The position numbers and the translations under genes are program-made. DNA of 64,000 nt from positions 620,001 to 684,000 of the forward strand of contig JAKMXF010000210.1 of the NCBI GenBank assembly GCA_024704765.1, given 5' to 3'. This stretch comes from Oopsacas minuta. Lineage: Eukaryota; Animalia; Porifera. The notes beneath the pieces were generated by a model, which worked only from the letters and a program-made list of their open reading frames with translations, made no database searches and was not told where the DNA came from. Each line of letters starts with the position of its first letter. The stretch's first letter is position 1. This document shows, piece by piece, positions 20,845 to 31,517 of the stretch.

Positions 20845-22446
20845 ATGACAAGAAAGATAACATTATTTATTGTTATCCTATCCTGCTGTACACTTGCTGT
20901 AAGCAGTGGATTCAGTTGGGGGTCTCTATTCTTCGCATCAGACGATGAGACAGGTCAGGAAGATGTTCACAGTGATAAAACACGAAAATCTCAGTTTGAA
21001 CTATCAACAGATCAAGATAGATTTATCCTGGCTAATTCTGAGTATTTTGATTTACCAGAACTAGATCGTTGCTTACACTCAGCAGTAGAAAGGCTATCTT
21101 CCTCGTGTAGAGACACGCAAGAGGAAGAATTGGGTAAGTTAACAGTTTGGTTATACAATTGTCATGCACAGTCTGAAGGGAGAACTACATTCATATGCAC
21201 TAAGGGCATGACACTAGCTGAGTGCACTTCTCCTATGAGTGAGAGTGCTTGGGGAACTTATCAAACCATATCTAACAGAGCTAGAGCTTTCTGTTACAGG
21301 ATGAGTCAGGATCAATTCGCTAAGAAGGTAGAAATATCCGTGAATTCTCTTACCACATCTGCTAATAATCAAATGCAGTCTATGCACGAGCTACAGCACA
21401 TTACTGATGTCATTATGGATCAGCTGGATAATAGAAATGAAGAGCTTAAGACGCAACAGATAGAAAATGCTGATAATTATGACCACTTAAAGTCTATACA
21501 TACAGATACACTGACTAAAGTAAGAGAGAAGATGTCACTTGATAACGATATGTACCAACAGACATTTGATAGAACTCTATCATTCAATCGGTTTATTGAG
21601 AATATGACTCATTCAGTTAACCTCAGTGCAATAAGTCAATCTATAGAACTTGCACAGTTGAGTAAGAATATCATACAAACTCATAAACAGTTACTGACGT
21701 TTAACACCACTCTAACTCGATGGTTCTTCCAACTTGCTGACAGGATTAATCTACAACTCTCTGACATAGAAGGAGAAGCTGCTCGACTTGTTAAGGATAT
21801 AGGAGTAATGCATAATGATGTTATAAATAAGAATAATCAGCTGCTAGTATTAGCTCAGGTATTACATACTACACTGCTTGAAGCAGAGATACAGAATAAT
21901 AAGAAAGGAACACATATGACTGCTATACCCGATCATTTAACTCTGTCATTCCTAGTACTACTACTTTCTCTTCTATTAGAACCAACCAGATTAATGAAGT
22001 TCTTTGTATTACTATCCACAAGTCTCTCCTCTGCCTTATACGTGTATCAACCTAATACAATATATCTGTCATTCTCTATTATCCTAATACCAATGTTGAT
22101 AATATGTGAGCAAATATACTTATGGCTGTTTCTTGGGAGGAAGAGGAATGTTGTTGTAGATTCACGACCTAATCACTACTCGGTTACTAAACAGCATCCC
22201 GTGGTTAATGACACCATGGAGTATCCTCCATTCACTACAAACTTCAGAGAACATCCAATATTTGAGTTGACCAGCAGCTCAGAACCAAGAGACATATCTC
22301 CTACAGGTAGTGTAGCATCCTCTATCTCTAACTCATTCGGGATTAAATGTAGCGCGGTTACTAAATCTGGTGCAAGGTGTAGAAGGAATGTAACTCACGG
22401 AGAACATTGTAATCAACACAGACGATATCCTGTAGACTTTAGTTGA
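20845..22446 (+). CDS. BMB: Brambleberry (KAR5/GEX1-family nuclear membrane fusion protein)
   Basis: Signal peptide, Cys-rich domain (C...SC...LGKLTVWLYNCH...EGRTTFIC...AECTSPM...WGTYQTISNRARAFCY), long coiled coil, three TM segments, cytoplasmic tail. Confidence 0.85.
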   Translation: MTRKITLFIVILSCCTLAVSSGFSWGSLFFASDDETGQEDVHSDKTRKSQFELSTDQDRFILANSEYFDLPELDRCLHSAVERLSSSCRDTQEEELGKLTVWLYNCHAQSEGRTTFICTKGMTLAECTSPMSESAWGTYQTISNRARAFCYRMSQDQFAKKVEISVNSLTTSANNQMQSMHELQHITDVIMDQLDNRNEELKTQQIENADNYDHLKSIHTDTLTKVREKMSLDNDMYQQTFDRTLSFNRFIENMTHSVNLSAISQSIELAQLSKNIIQTHKQLLTFNTTLTRWFFQLADRINLQLSDIEGEAARLVKDIGVMHNDVINKNNQLLVLAQVLHTTLLEAEIQNNKKGTHMTAIPDHLTLSFLVLLLSLLLEPTRLMKFFVLLSTSLSSALYVYQPNTIYLSFSIILIPMLIICEQIYLWLFLGRKRNVVVDSRPNHYSVTKQHPVVNDTMEYPPFTTNFREHPIFELTSSSEPRDISPTGSVASSISNSFGIKCSAVTKSGARCRRNVTHGEHCNQHRRYPVDFS

Positions 22447-22493
22447 ATCTACAAACATTATTTTAGATTATAGTTTGCAACTGATCTACTTCT

Positions 22494-22528
22494 ACCTCTC
22501 TTCTCCTCTCCTCTCCTCTCCTCTCTTC
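22494..22528. repeat. (CTCTC)n pyrimidine simple repeat downstream of brambleberry
   Basis: ctctcttctcctctcctctcctctcctctcttc. Confidence 0.75.
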
Positions 22529-22692
22529 TTTTCTTTATCATTTGGTTTTATCTTGAATTTATTATTTTAGAACTCTGGAGTTCATTCTCTGTTCCTGTAT
22601 AATCACAGAAATATTACATTAAGAATTGCCTGTTATTAAATATTATATTAATTTAACATTTTAATGTTACAAATAAAATAATTAGTTTTGTA

Positions 22693-23772
22693 ATGTCAGC
22701 CATTTCTCCTCTATCAAGTCCTGAGTATGTAACCCTACCATCTGTAGACAGACCTAAGGCTCGTAGACTGACACAAGATTTGCAGCAGGCAGTTAACGTG
22801 ACGTATGACAGTAATCCATTAACACTTCAATACAGCAGCTGGTCTTCTTTTTTTGATAAGTATAGTGGTGATCTAGTTGGTATAGATCAAGAAGAACTTC
22901 ATTATCCTTTTGATCCTCTCGGTGAATTACTCCCTCTCCCCTCTAGTATTCCCCGGGTATCCCCTAGCTCAGAAAGTTACAATTCTTCTAGTCAGGATAG
23001 TTATAATCAGCGTGAGGACACACCCACTATACAGAATGATCTCATGACTCCCCTCAGGGGTGGAGAGGAGGTTAGAAGAGAGCTAGGAGATACCCTAGAG
23101 TTAGGAAATTGTACCTATGAATTGGATCTTAATAACCTAACTTCTACATTATCAAAACTGAACACAACAAGAAGTGCATTTGCAGATAGTTCTATTCATA
23201 AACAATCTACTTTTGATGTTAGCTCCTCTACCCCGTTACATAACGGTAGAATTAATATAACTAGCGACCTGGTTACTTATGACGTATCTACTCCAGCAAT
23301 TAGTGTTAAGAGATCTATCAGAACTCGTATGAACTTTGATAATGAGTTATTCAAATCTCCTATTCCTTCCAAATCTCAGCTGATGGTTAAGCCAGCTGAT
23401 AGCACTGAAGATTTAGAGGGTGAGGATGTGTTTGTTAGAGCTGGGGAATCCTTTGTTACAGGGACACACCCTCCTTGTGAAATTAGAGCTAATAAGGATT
23501 CTACTGTAATTATTCAACTTCCTAAGCCTCCTGCCATCCCAGGGCCACGGACACAATCTACCAGATCTGCTCTACCAGTTACAACTAGAGTAAGCAGACT
23601 AACTTGTACCTCCTCATCTAGGTTGATGAGAGGAATGCGAGCAGCTTCAAGTACGAGCTCCTTACCTCAGCTGTCTGGTAGAGCTTCTCTACTCCCTACA
23701 TCCCACAAGAGTAAGTCTCATGAACGTATCAATACCCCAGCTACTGTAAGAGGATTTGCTTTCAAGAAATGA
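22693..23772 (+). CDS. Ser/Thr/Pro-rich protein of unknown function (359 aa, likely disordered)
   Basis: Long uninterrupted ORF with AT-rich flanks; no family recognised. Confidence 0.6.
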   Translation: MSAISPLSSPEYVTLPSVDRPKARRLTQDLQQAVNVTYDSNPLTLQYSSWSSFFDKYSGDLVGIDQEELHYPFDPLGELLPLPSSIPRVSPSSESYNSSSQDSYNQREDTPTIQNDLMTPLRGGEEVRRELGDTLELGNCTYELDLNNLTSTLSKLNTTRSAFADSSIHKQSTFDVSSSTPLHNGRINITSDLVTYDVSTPAISVKRSIRTRMNFDNELFKSPIPSKSQLMVKPADSTEDLEGEDVFVRAGESFVTGTHPPCEIRANKDSTVIIQLPKPPAIPGPRTQSTRSALPVTTRVSRLTCTSSSRLMRGMRAASSTSSLPQLSGRASLLPTSHKSKSHERINTPATVRGFAFKK

Positions 23773-24331
23773 GGAATAATTCTCAATTTATTTGCTGTTT
23801 TATTGTTTATCTCCAACTAACAAATTGTATGCATTTCTGCGGTTTTGAATGTAAGCAACAGAGAATTGTATTGGAACGTTGTGTAAATTGAACTTTATTG
23901 TTTGCAAACACGTCTCTTAGTTTATTGTGGTTGTCATGTAACGTTACCTAACAATTTTTAGTTATATAATATTTGTTACTAATTATAGCTACAATAATCT
24001 TATACATCATAGCCACATTCCATTGCATAGTTATTGTGAATTCCATTTAATTGGTGGTATAGAAATGATTCAGAATGCATGACATCGACACTATTGTGGC
24101 TGCATTCCATTTACCATAACTTAACTACAGGAATACCATCTTATTATACACCATTATCCTAGCAACCAAAGGACTGTAAAGTTATTTGACCACGAATAAT
24201 ATTATTCTCTTGTAATCTAGATAAATAAATACTTAGTAATGAATATTTTCTTATACACTTGTTTGTTGATTACACATTATACTAGTTGACTTCTGAAGAA
24301 TATTCATAATCTTCACATTCAAATAATAGAG

Positions 24332-26283
24332 ATGTCTAAAATGGATAGTCAAGTACTGGGCCCTCAGATGGAGCAAGACAAGATCTCAATTCAGTGTGAG
24401 AATCATAGATTCGCACAATACCTAGAGATTACTAGACGTATACGTGACTCTAATATGACCCTTGAGAAGGAGATTGGTATCTATCAGACCACTACAGGCA
24501 TGCAAATAAAGGAGGTCAATAATTTACTTACTTATAACTTAGCTCGATAATTATGTATGTCCTATACAGATACAAGATCAATACACACATGAGATAGAGT
24601 TAGCTGATAGAGAGCAGAAGGTAAATATACAGGAGAGAGAGCAACTTCACTCTCAGATTAAGGAGCAGGAGAAGGAACTGGAAATGTTATTGCAGATGGA
24701 AGTAGCACTTCTTGAAGAGGGAGAAGTGAGTAAAGAAAGACTCAAGAGAAATAATGTTACTCTGGTAGTTGGTGAGAAAGAGAGGGATGATACTCAGGAG
24801 AGAGTACAAGATTTGGATCAGTTTATAAGACAGCTACAAATTGAGCTAGACACTATTACTAAGTCATTGGAGACTGAAGAAAGGGAAACGCAAGTGAGTT
24901 ATTTGATTGTATTAATTAGTTATGACATCATAATTATATGTCCGTATGTAGAATGCTTATGATGAGTTGTCTGAGTTTCTAAACAACAGCGTGGATTCTC
25001 CTGAGTATTATGCTCGCCTCCTCGAGGAGAAGAGAAGAGAAAAGGATGGATTGAAGTCTGCTTACGAGCTAAGGAGAATGCAAACTATAGATGAAGTAGA
25101 AGAACGTATAGCTGATATATTAGAGGAGATACGCAAGGAGACTGAGGAGAGGGCAGAGAGCTATAGAAAGCAAATAGAAGAGGTTGGCATTATGATATAA
25201 ATCATATTTATTATAGTATCCTTATTTAATTGTTTATAGGAATATCAAATACAATTCCACAAGATCAGATCGTCTATAGAATCCAGAGAGGAGTGTGTCT
25301 CTACTCTTGAGGAGGAGGTCAGGTTAGCTTGGGAAGGACTGACAGAAACAAATAAGAGATTCAAGAGTTTGATACTGGATCACATGGAGCTGGAGAAGAG
25401 AGTCAGTAGTGATGAGAACTCTTTTGAAGATAGAAGGAGAAGTTTCTTAAATGAGACTCGTGTGCATTCAGAGGAAATAAGGAATATCAAAGATAATCTT
25501 GGAGGTAATCTCGAGAAGATACAAGAGCTTCTAGGACTTAAGGTAGGCATTATATCAGTATATTTATGCTATAGCACTATTGTTATGTGTTACTAATAGA
25601 TCCTGATATCACATGAAGTGGATACTTACCACACCCTCCTGGAAGAGGAAGAGATAAGGCTAAATCTTAACATGGACAAGCCCAGGAGAGTATTCACTAG
25701 GAAGAGAACTAGTGAAGAAGTGAAACAACAAACTAAAGTACACAAGATAGATCCCATCTTCAAATCTCCCTCTAATGAACCTGAGAGAATAGAAATGACT
25801 TCACAAACAACTGACACAATAGTAGACAATCCAGATGGATTCTTACACATTTCTAATGTTGATTCTGATGGTAGATACATACTCATTAAAAACAATAGTG
25901 ACGTCACTGAGAATCTGGGTAGTTACAAGATCAAACATTCCTCAATTGAAGAGAGTCAAATCTTCAAATTCAAGTCCTACTCCAAGCTACAACCTGGTAG
26001 AACTGTTCGTATCTGGTCCAACTGTCTCAACGCGCGAAATTCTCCACCCACAGACATAATATGGCGTAGTCAGTACAAATGGATAACTGGTCGTGTTACA
26101 AAGACTCTCCTCCTTAATCCTAAAGGTGAAAAAGTAGCTGTATTTACTCAGAGGACTAGATATGTACCTCAACAGCCTACTGCTCAGACCCTACAGTCTC
26201 AGGAACAAACTGATATAGTACCTGACCCAGTAGTAGTACAGGATCCTCCTGAACAGCTGAGAGAAGCATGCTCTATCATGTAA
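24332..26283 (+). CDS. LMN: Nuclear lamin (B-type), 5 exons
   Basis: Coil 1A-like ENHRFAQYLE, rod-end EVDTYHTLLEEEEIRL, basic NLS (RKR), lamin-tail Ig domain (FKFKSYSKLQPGRTVRIWS, LLNPKGEKVA), CaaX CSIM. Exons ~24332-24514, 24570-24892, 24951-25182, 25240-25541, 25601-26283. The first donor (GTCAAT) is weak. Confidence 0.88.
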
Positions 26284-27139
26284 CCATGTACCATCCAATC
26301 AATCTTGTATTGTATCATTTCCTTATTCTACAATCGCACAGTCACTAAGTTTTGTAAATATTCAGATTCATAGCTCCATTCAGTTTGTATACATTTGGAT
26401 TTATATTATTTGTATATTAGAATTGTTGTTAGTTGTAACTTGTAATCTGTTTGTATTGTTGAATTTCCATATTTGGTAGCTATTATATGTTATATATTAT
26501 CTTATTTATTTGAACAAATCAGGGAATTAGCAGTACTCTACGGAGATTAAATTCCTATTTTTGCTTTAGATATTACTAATAAATTATTTGACCATATAAG
26601 ACCTCATGTAATTGCAAACATAATTGCATATCTTTGTGGATTTTGTAACAGTTATCCTAGAAGATAGACTCTACATAAATAAGTATATTTGACCCTAACT
26701 TAAGAGAGGAGTATTGGATCTAGCCAATATATATAAGATAAGACAACCCTTTAGTCTGTACTTTACCCACAGATATAAACTGCATTGATTTACCTCACAA
26801 TACATTACATTGCAAGTTCTTGCAAAACTAAATCTATTATTTATCTTGCATAATTCTACGTCTTACCACCATATAGTATCAAAGTGCACATTAATCTGCT
26901 AGATACTCCGCGATTAGTTGATTATGATTAGCATTGTGAATGAATGTTGATTAATAGGATGTATTCCTAAAATGCTATTCAATTTATTCAGAAATTGTCC
27001 GAATATTGGCATAAATGTTAGGTCAGCTATAATGCCAGATATATTTACCTTTCACAAGCTTGAACCTTCGCCTTACAGACATGCACCAGTTCTAGCTGCT
27101 ATTTATACTAGAAATTAATCGAACTTTCCATCTATTGTC

Positions 27140-28905
27140 ATGACACAGGAAGCGACCGGAATCCTGGAAACAATGTGTTTCTACGGCCTTGAAGATTCTC
27201 AAAAGATGTACGCTAGATATCGCATCTCCTCACAGAATTGTATCCTACTCTTCCATTCACCACCTGCTGATGACTTTAATGATGATAAACTGGAACAAGG
27301 ATTAATCACTGATATTGTAGATCAGGATTCATTCTTCTTGCGATTGGATCTTGCTGGTATTAAAGAGATAACCAAATTAGACCAGCCAAATACCACTGAT
27401 AAGAATATGACTGATTTCTTATTGACGATAATAGAGACAGATGGAGTGAAGCATTACATGTGTTTCACTTCTCTATTAGTGAGGGATGAATGGTACTCTC
27501 ATATACAACCGAATATAGGCAAGAGAAAGAGTACTGTTTATCAAGCACTACCTATAACTGGTGTATCCCCTCATCAACCACTAGTTTTAGGGAATCCTGA
27601 AAATATAGAGACCGTGTCTACCTCAGGGAGTGATTCAGGGGATGATAAAGCTGAGGGGAAGAAGGATCAGATACCAAATAAAGCAATAATTCTTAAGGGA
27701 AATCCTCAGGATTATCCTGCTCTTGCTAACTGGAGTTTATCTCTTATTCGGTAAGAATCTATAATATATTATACGCGTACACATATATAATTATTTAATT
27801 TATACCTGTCTAGTTATGGTTACGGATATAAGAAAGGAGCCAAACGTAAGAACTGGAAGTACAGATTTTTTGTCCTAACACAACACTCATTTGCTTACTT
27901 TGAATCTGAGAAGAAGAAAAACCCTATCTGTAGTATTCCCATTAGTAATGTACGTGCTATCTACCAGAGGAAAGATCTACAGGGTCATGAGTTTGTTATG
28001 GCTATAGATACTGATGAACGTATGCATTTGTGGGAATTCCATTCAGATGAGGAGCTGAGGGGCTGGATGAAGGTATGCTACTATTTGTTTAATTACTAGC
28101 TCTCTTATCATATAATCCTATGCATTTGTGATAGGATTTCGCTGACCACGTGACTGTAAAGCCTCAATCTGTACCTCACAAGACTACAAGTCATAAGATA
28201 TCTACACAGACTTCTAACAGTCACCAACCAGCTGATACTATGTCCTCTAGTCTACCCGCTAACATACATAAAGCTGTTGAGACTCAAATATACGATGGAG
28301 CTGTTGTAAGGAAGAAGGTTGTAGGGAAATCTACTCACAAGTGAGTATGAATAAATAAATTGTATTATCATAATGCGTACTACTGATTGTTAATATTTAG
28401 AATAGACTCAGATTCAGATTCAGAAGACGACGAAGCCCCTAACGGAGATGTATCTAAGTATTCTAAAGCTCTGGTTGGAGTAGAACCAATGACTCTAGTA
28501 AAGTACGGATACTGTTTGAAGGAAGGAGGTGTAGTACACAATTGGAAGAGGAGATTCTTTGTACTGACAAGGGGAACTCTTTCTTATTTCAAAAGTCCTA
28601 ATGACTCACAAGCTCTTAAAGTTATAAAGGTTAACACTGTAACCTCTGTAGCAGAGTCCCCTCTGTATCAAGGTAGAAGCTGTGTAATTGCTATCAACAC
28701 TAATTCTAGAACTTTCTATATTCAATGTGATTCACATGCTCATGCATTGGGCTGGATTCAAGATGTGACAAAGTGTAAGGAATATCAGGACAGATTCAAA
28801 CCAACTACTTCTTCCTGTCCTGCAGACTCAGATGAGATACTCCAGTTCTCTCCTCCAGGTGATGGTAAAGGATTCGAATCCGTAGACACCATTGCTCCTA
28901 AGTAG
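27140..28905 (+). CDS. Multi-PH-domain protein (TAPP/PLEKHA1-like PH pair plus an N-terminal PH-like domain), 4 exons
   Basis: Exons ~27140-27749, 27813-28071, 28135-28340, 28401-28905. PH motifs GYGYKKGAKRKNWKYRFFVL and GYCLKEGGVVHNWKRRFFVL. Confidence 0.75.
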
Positions 28906-29089
28906 AGCTCTCATACGCTGGTGTAATTTAATTTTGAGTATTACCTAGGCTGGTTCTGTTGTATTTTATTTCTATTTTGATTTGTAAGAATATTAGCATG
29001 TATAATAATATTTTATTTCTCTGTTCATATTATTTGGTAGTTTGTTCTAACAATTTTGTTGATGTTTTTATTTGTAAAGATTGTTGTTG

Positions 29090-31159
29090 ATGGAAAACCT
29101 AATCCCAGTGATCAACAAGCTCCAAGACATCTTCAATACTGTGGGATTTGAAGCTATCCATCTTCCTCAGATCGTTGTAGTAGGTACACAAAGCTCTGGC
29201 AAGAGCTCTGTTCTAGAGAATATCGTCGGTAAAAGCTTCCTACCGAGAGGGACTGGTATCGTAACGAGGAGACCGCTAATCCTCCAGCTGATTCACAGCG
29301 AAAACATAGAGGCTAATGAAGAGTCCGGGGAGAATCCTTGGGGGTATGGAGTGTTCCTACACAGAGGGGAACATAAGTATTACAACTTTGATGATATTTG
29401 TTTAGAAATTCAACAAGATACAGATAAGGTATCAGGAGGTAATAAGGGTATTTCTGCGGAGGCTATCACCCTCCGTATATACTCTCCCCATGTCCTAAAC
29501 CTTACTCTATGTGACCTCCCGGGTATCACTAGGGTCCCTGTAGGAGACCAGCCAGAAGACATAGAGAGTCAAACCAAAGAGATCGTGTATAATTACATCA
29601 CTAATCCTAACTCTATTATATTGGTGGTACACGCAGCTAACACAGATTTAGCTGTATGTGAGGCATTGAAAATAGCACAACAAGTAGATCCTGAAGGTCT
29701 CCGTACTTTAATGGTTTGTACCAAGATAGATCTGATGGATGCTGGTACTGATGCAGTAGAGCTGCTGACTGGTAAGATTATTCCAGTTAAGATGGGAATA
29801 GTAGGTGCAGTTAACAGGTCACAACAGGATATAATATCTAAGAAGTTGATTGAAACCGCTCTTAAGGACGAGGCTGAGTTCTTCAGAAGGAAGTATCCCG
29901 GTTTAGCTGCTAAGAACGGATCCATATACCTCGCTAACCTGCTCAGTCATATGCTGATGAATCATATTCGTAAGTGTCTTCCTGAACTAAAGAGTAGAGT
30001 AACTCATCTCACCTTCACTTACCAGAACCAAATAGCTGAATTCGGATACGAGCTTACAGAGAAAGGCCCTCTCCTGTTGAATATAATTCACAGATTCTCC
30101 TCTAGCTACGCAGAGGCTATAGAAGGCAGAGCTAAGAATATAGATGTATCAAAACTATACGGAGGTGCTAGAATATGCTTTATATTTCATGAAACCTTTG
30201 CTGACAAAATTAACGACATAAAACCTCTAACCACTATAGGGTCATACGAGATTATCACTGCTATGCGGAATTCTGCAGGTACCAGGTCATCCCTATTTGT
30301 ACCAGAGGTTGCATTCGATCTGTTGGTTAAGCAACAAATAGAAAAACTGAAGGAACCTAGTCTGAAGTGTGTACAACTGATATTCGAAGAGATGCAGAAG
30401 ATATTATTGAATTGTATCAAAGGGATTCCTGAGCTGGAGAGATTTTATTTGTTGGAAGAGAAGATCTTAGACATTGTTTACGAGGTTCTAAGAGATAGAT
30501 TGCCTGTGACTAATGAGATGGTAGAGAATCTCATCAAGATTGAGCTAGCTTACATTAATACTAGTCATCCAGACTTTGAGACACTCAAATCTATTCAGGA
30601 CCCTCGTAATATAGCGCTATACAATCCTCAACCAGCTGTAACACAACTGCCTAATGAACCTAAACAATTTCCTCCTCCTGCTCAAACACAGGGCAGTAGT
30701 AGTAGTGGTTTATTTGGTTATTTCGGTAAAGCGGGAGGTGAGGATATGGAGCCACCTCAGGATACTATAGAACATGAAGCTACTGCCTCCTCTCTCTCCC
30801 AGAAGACAGAGAATGTTAGTCTTTCTATAACTGAGAAGAATACAAGAGATTGTGCAATAATCCAACAACTGATCGACTCCTATTTCAATATTGTTAGAAA
30901 AAACATTCTAGATTCTATTCCTAAGACTGTAATGCATTTCCTTGTAAACTTTGTTAAAGATAATATACAGAACCAGTTAGTAGTGCATCTCTACAAACCC
31001 AGTGTATATGAAAGTTTGTTAAAAGAGGCAGAGTATGTTACCGATAGGAGAGAAGAGGTTAGCTCGATGTTAGATGCTCTCAGGAAAGCATCACAAACTA
31101 TCAACCAACTGAGAGATCCAGATTTCCAGCATAGGAAGAATTTTAATTTCATGTCTTAG
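29090..31159 (+). CDS. DNM1L: Dynamin-1-like protein (DRP1), single exon
   Basis: MENLIPVINKLQDIFNTVG, GTQSSGKSSVLE, LPRGTGIVTRRPL, DLPGITRVPVGDQPEDIE, TKIDLMDAGTDA, middle domain and GED, no PH or PRD. Confidence 0.95.
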   Translation: MENLIPVINKLQDIFNTVGFEAIHLPQIVVVGTQSSGKSSVLENIVGKSFLPRGTGIVTRRPLILQLIHSENIEANEESGENPWGYGVFLHRGEHKYYNFDDICLEIQQDTDKVSGGNKGISAEAITLRIYSPHVLNLTLCDLPGITRVPVGDQPEDIESQTKEIVYNYITNPNSIILVVHAANTDLAVCEALKIAQQVDPEGLRTLMVCTKIDLMDAGTDAVELLTGKIIPVKMGIVGAVNRSQQDIISKKLIETALKDEAEFFRRKYPGLAAKNGSIYLANLLSHMLMNHIRKCLPELKSRVTHLTFTYQNQIAEFGYELTEKGPLLLNIIHRFSSSYAEAIEGRAKNIDVSKLYGGARICFIFHETFADKINDIKPLTTIGSYEIITAMRNSAGTRSSLFVPEVAFDLLVKQQIEKLKEPSLKCVQLIFEEMQKILLNCIKGIPELERFYLLEEKILDIVYEVLRDRLPVTNEMVENLIKIELAYINTSHPDFETLKSIQDPRNIALYNPQPAVTQLPNEPKQFPPPAQTQGSSSSGLFGYFGKAGGEDMEPPQDTIEHEATASSLSQKTENVSLSITEKNTRDCAIIQQLIDSYFNIVRKNILDSIPKTVMHFLVNFVKDNIQNQLVVHLYKPSVYESLLKEAEYVTDRREEVSSMLDALRKASQTINQLRDPDFQHRKNFNFMS

Positions 31160-31517
31160 AATAACTAGAATATTATTGTGTTGTATCAGTCATAATATTA
31201 CACTGTAGGATGTTAGTGAGTTAATTAATATTCAACTATAAAGATTCTATATTTGGCTCGTCCGTTTTCATAAAGGGTGTCTTCTTACACATCAAGTATA
31301 TTATGGAATACATAGATATTCCTTCAAAATATTATCAACAATTTGCAATATTCCGCTATGATTACTTTTGTTTACTAAAATAGAAGTATATTACATCATA
31401 CATATTTAATTGTTTGTTCGTGAGAACATGTTTACGCCTATTATTTTATTTTCTGTTACTATAATATAATTCATGTTTCCCTTTGTAGTGCTCTGTTCCC
31501 TCCGTTTTTCAGGTCTA

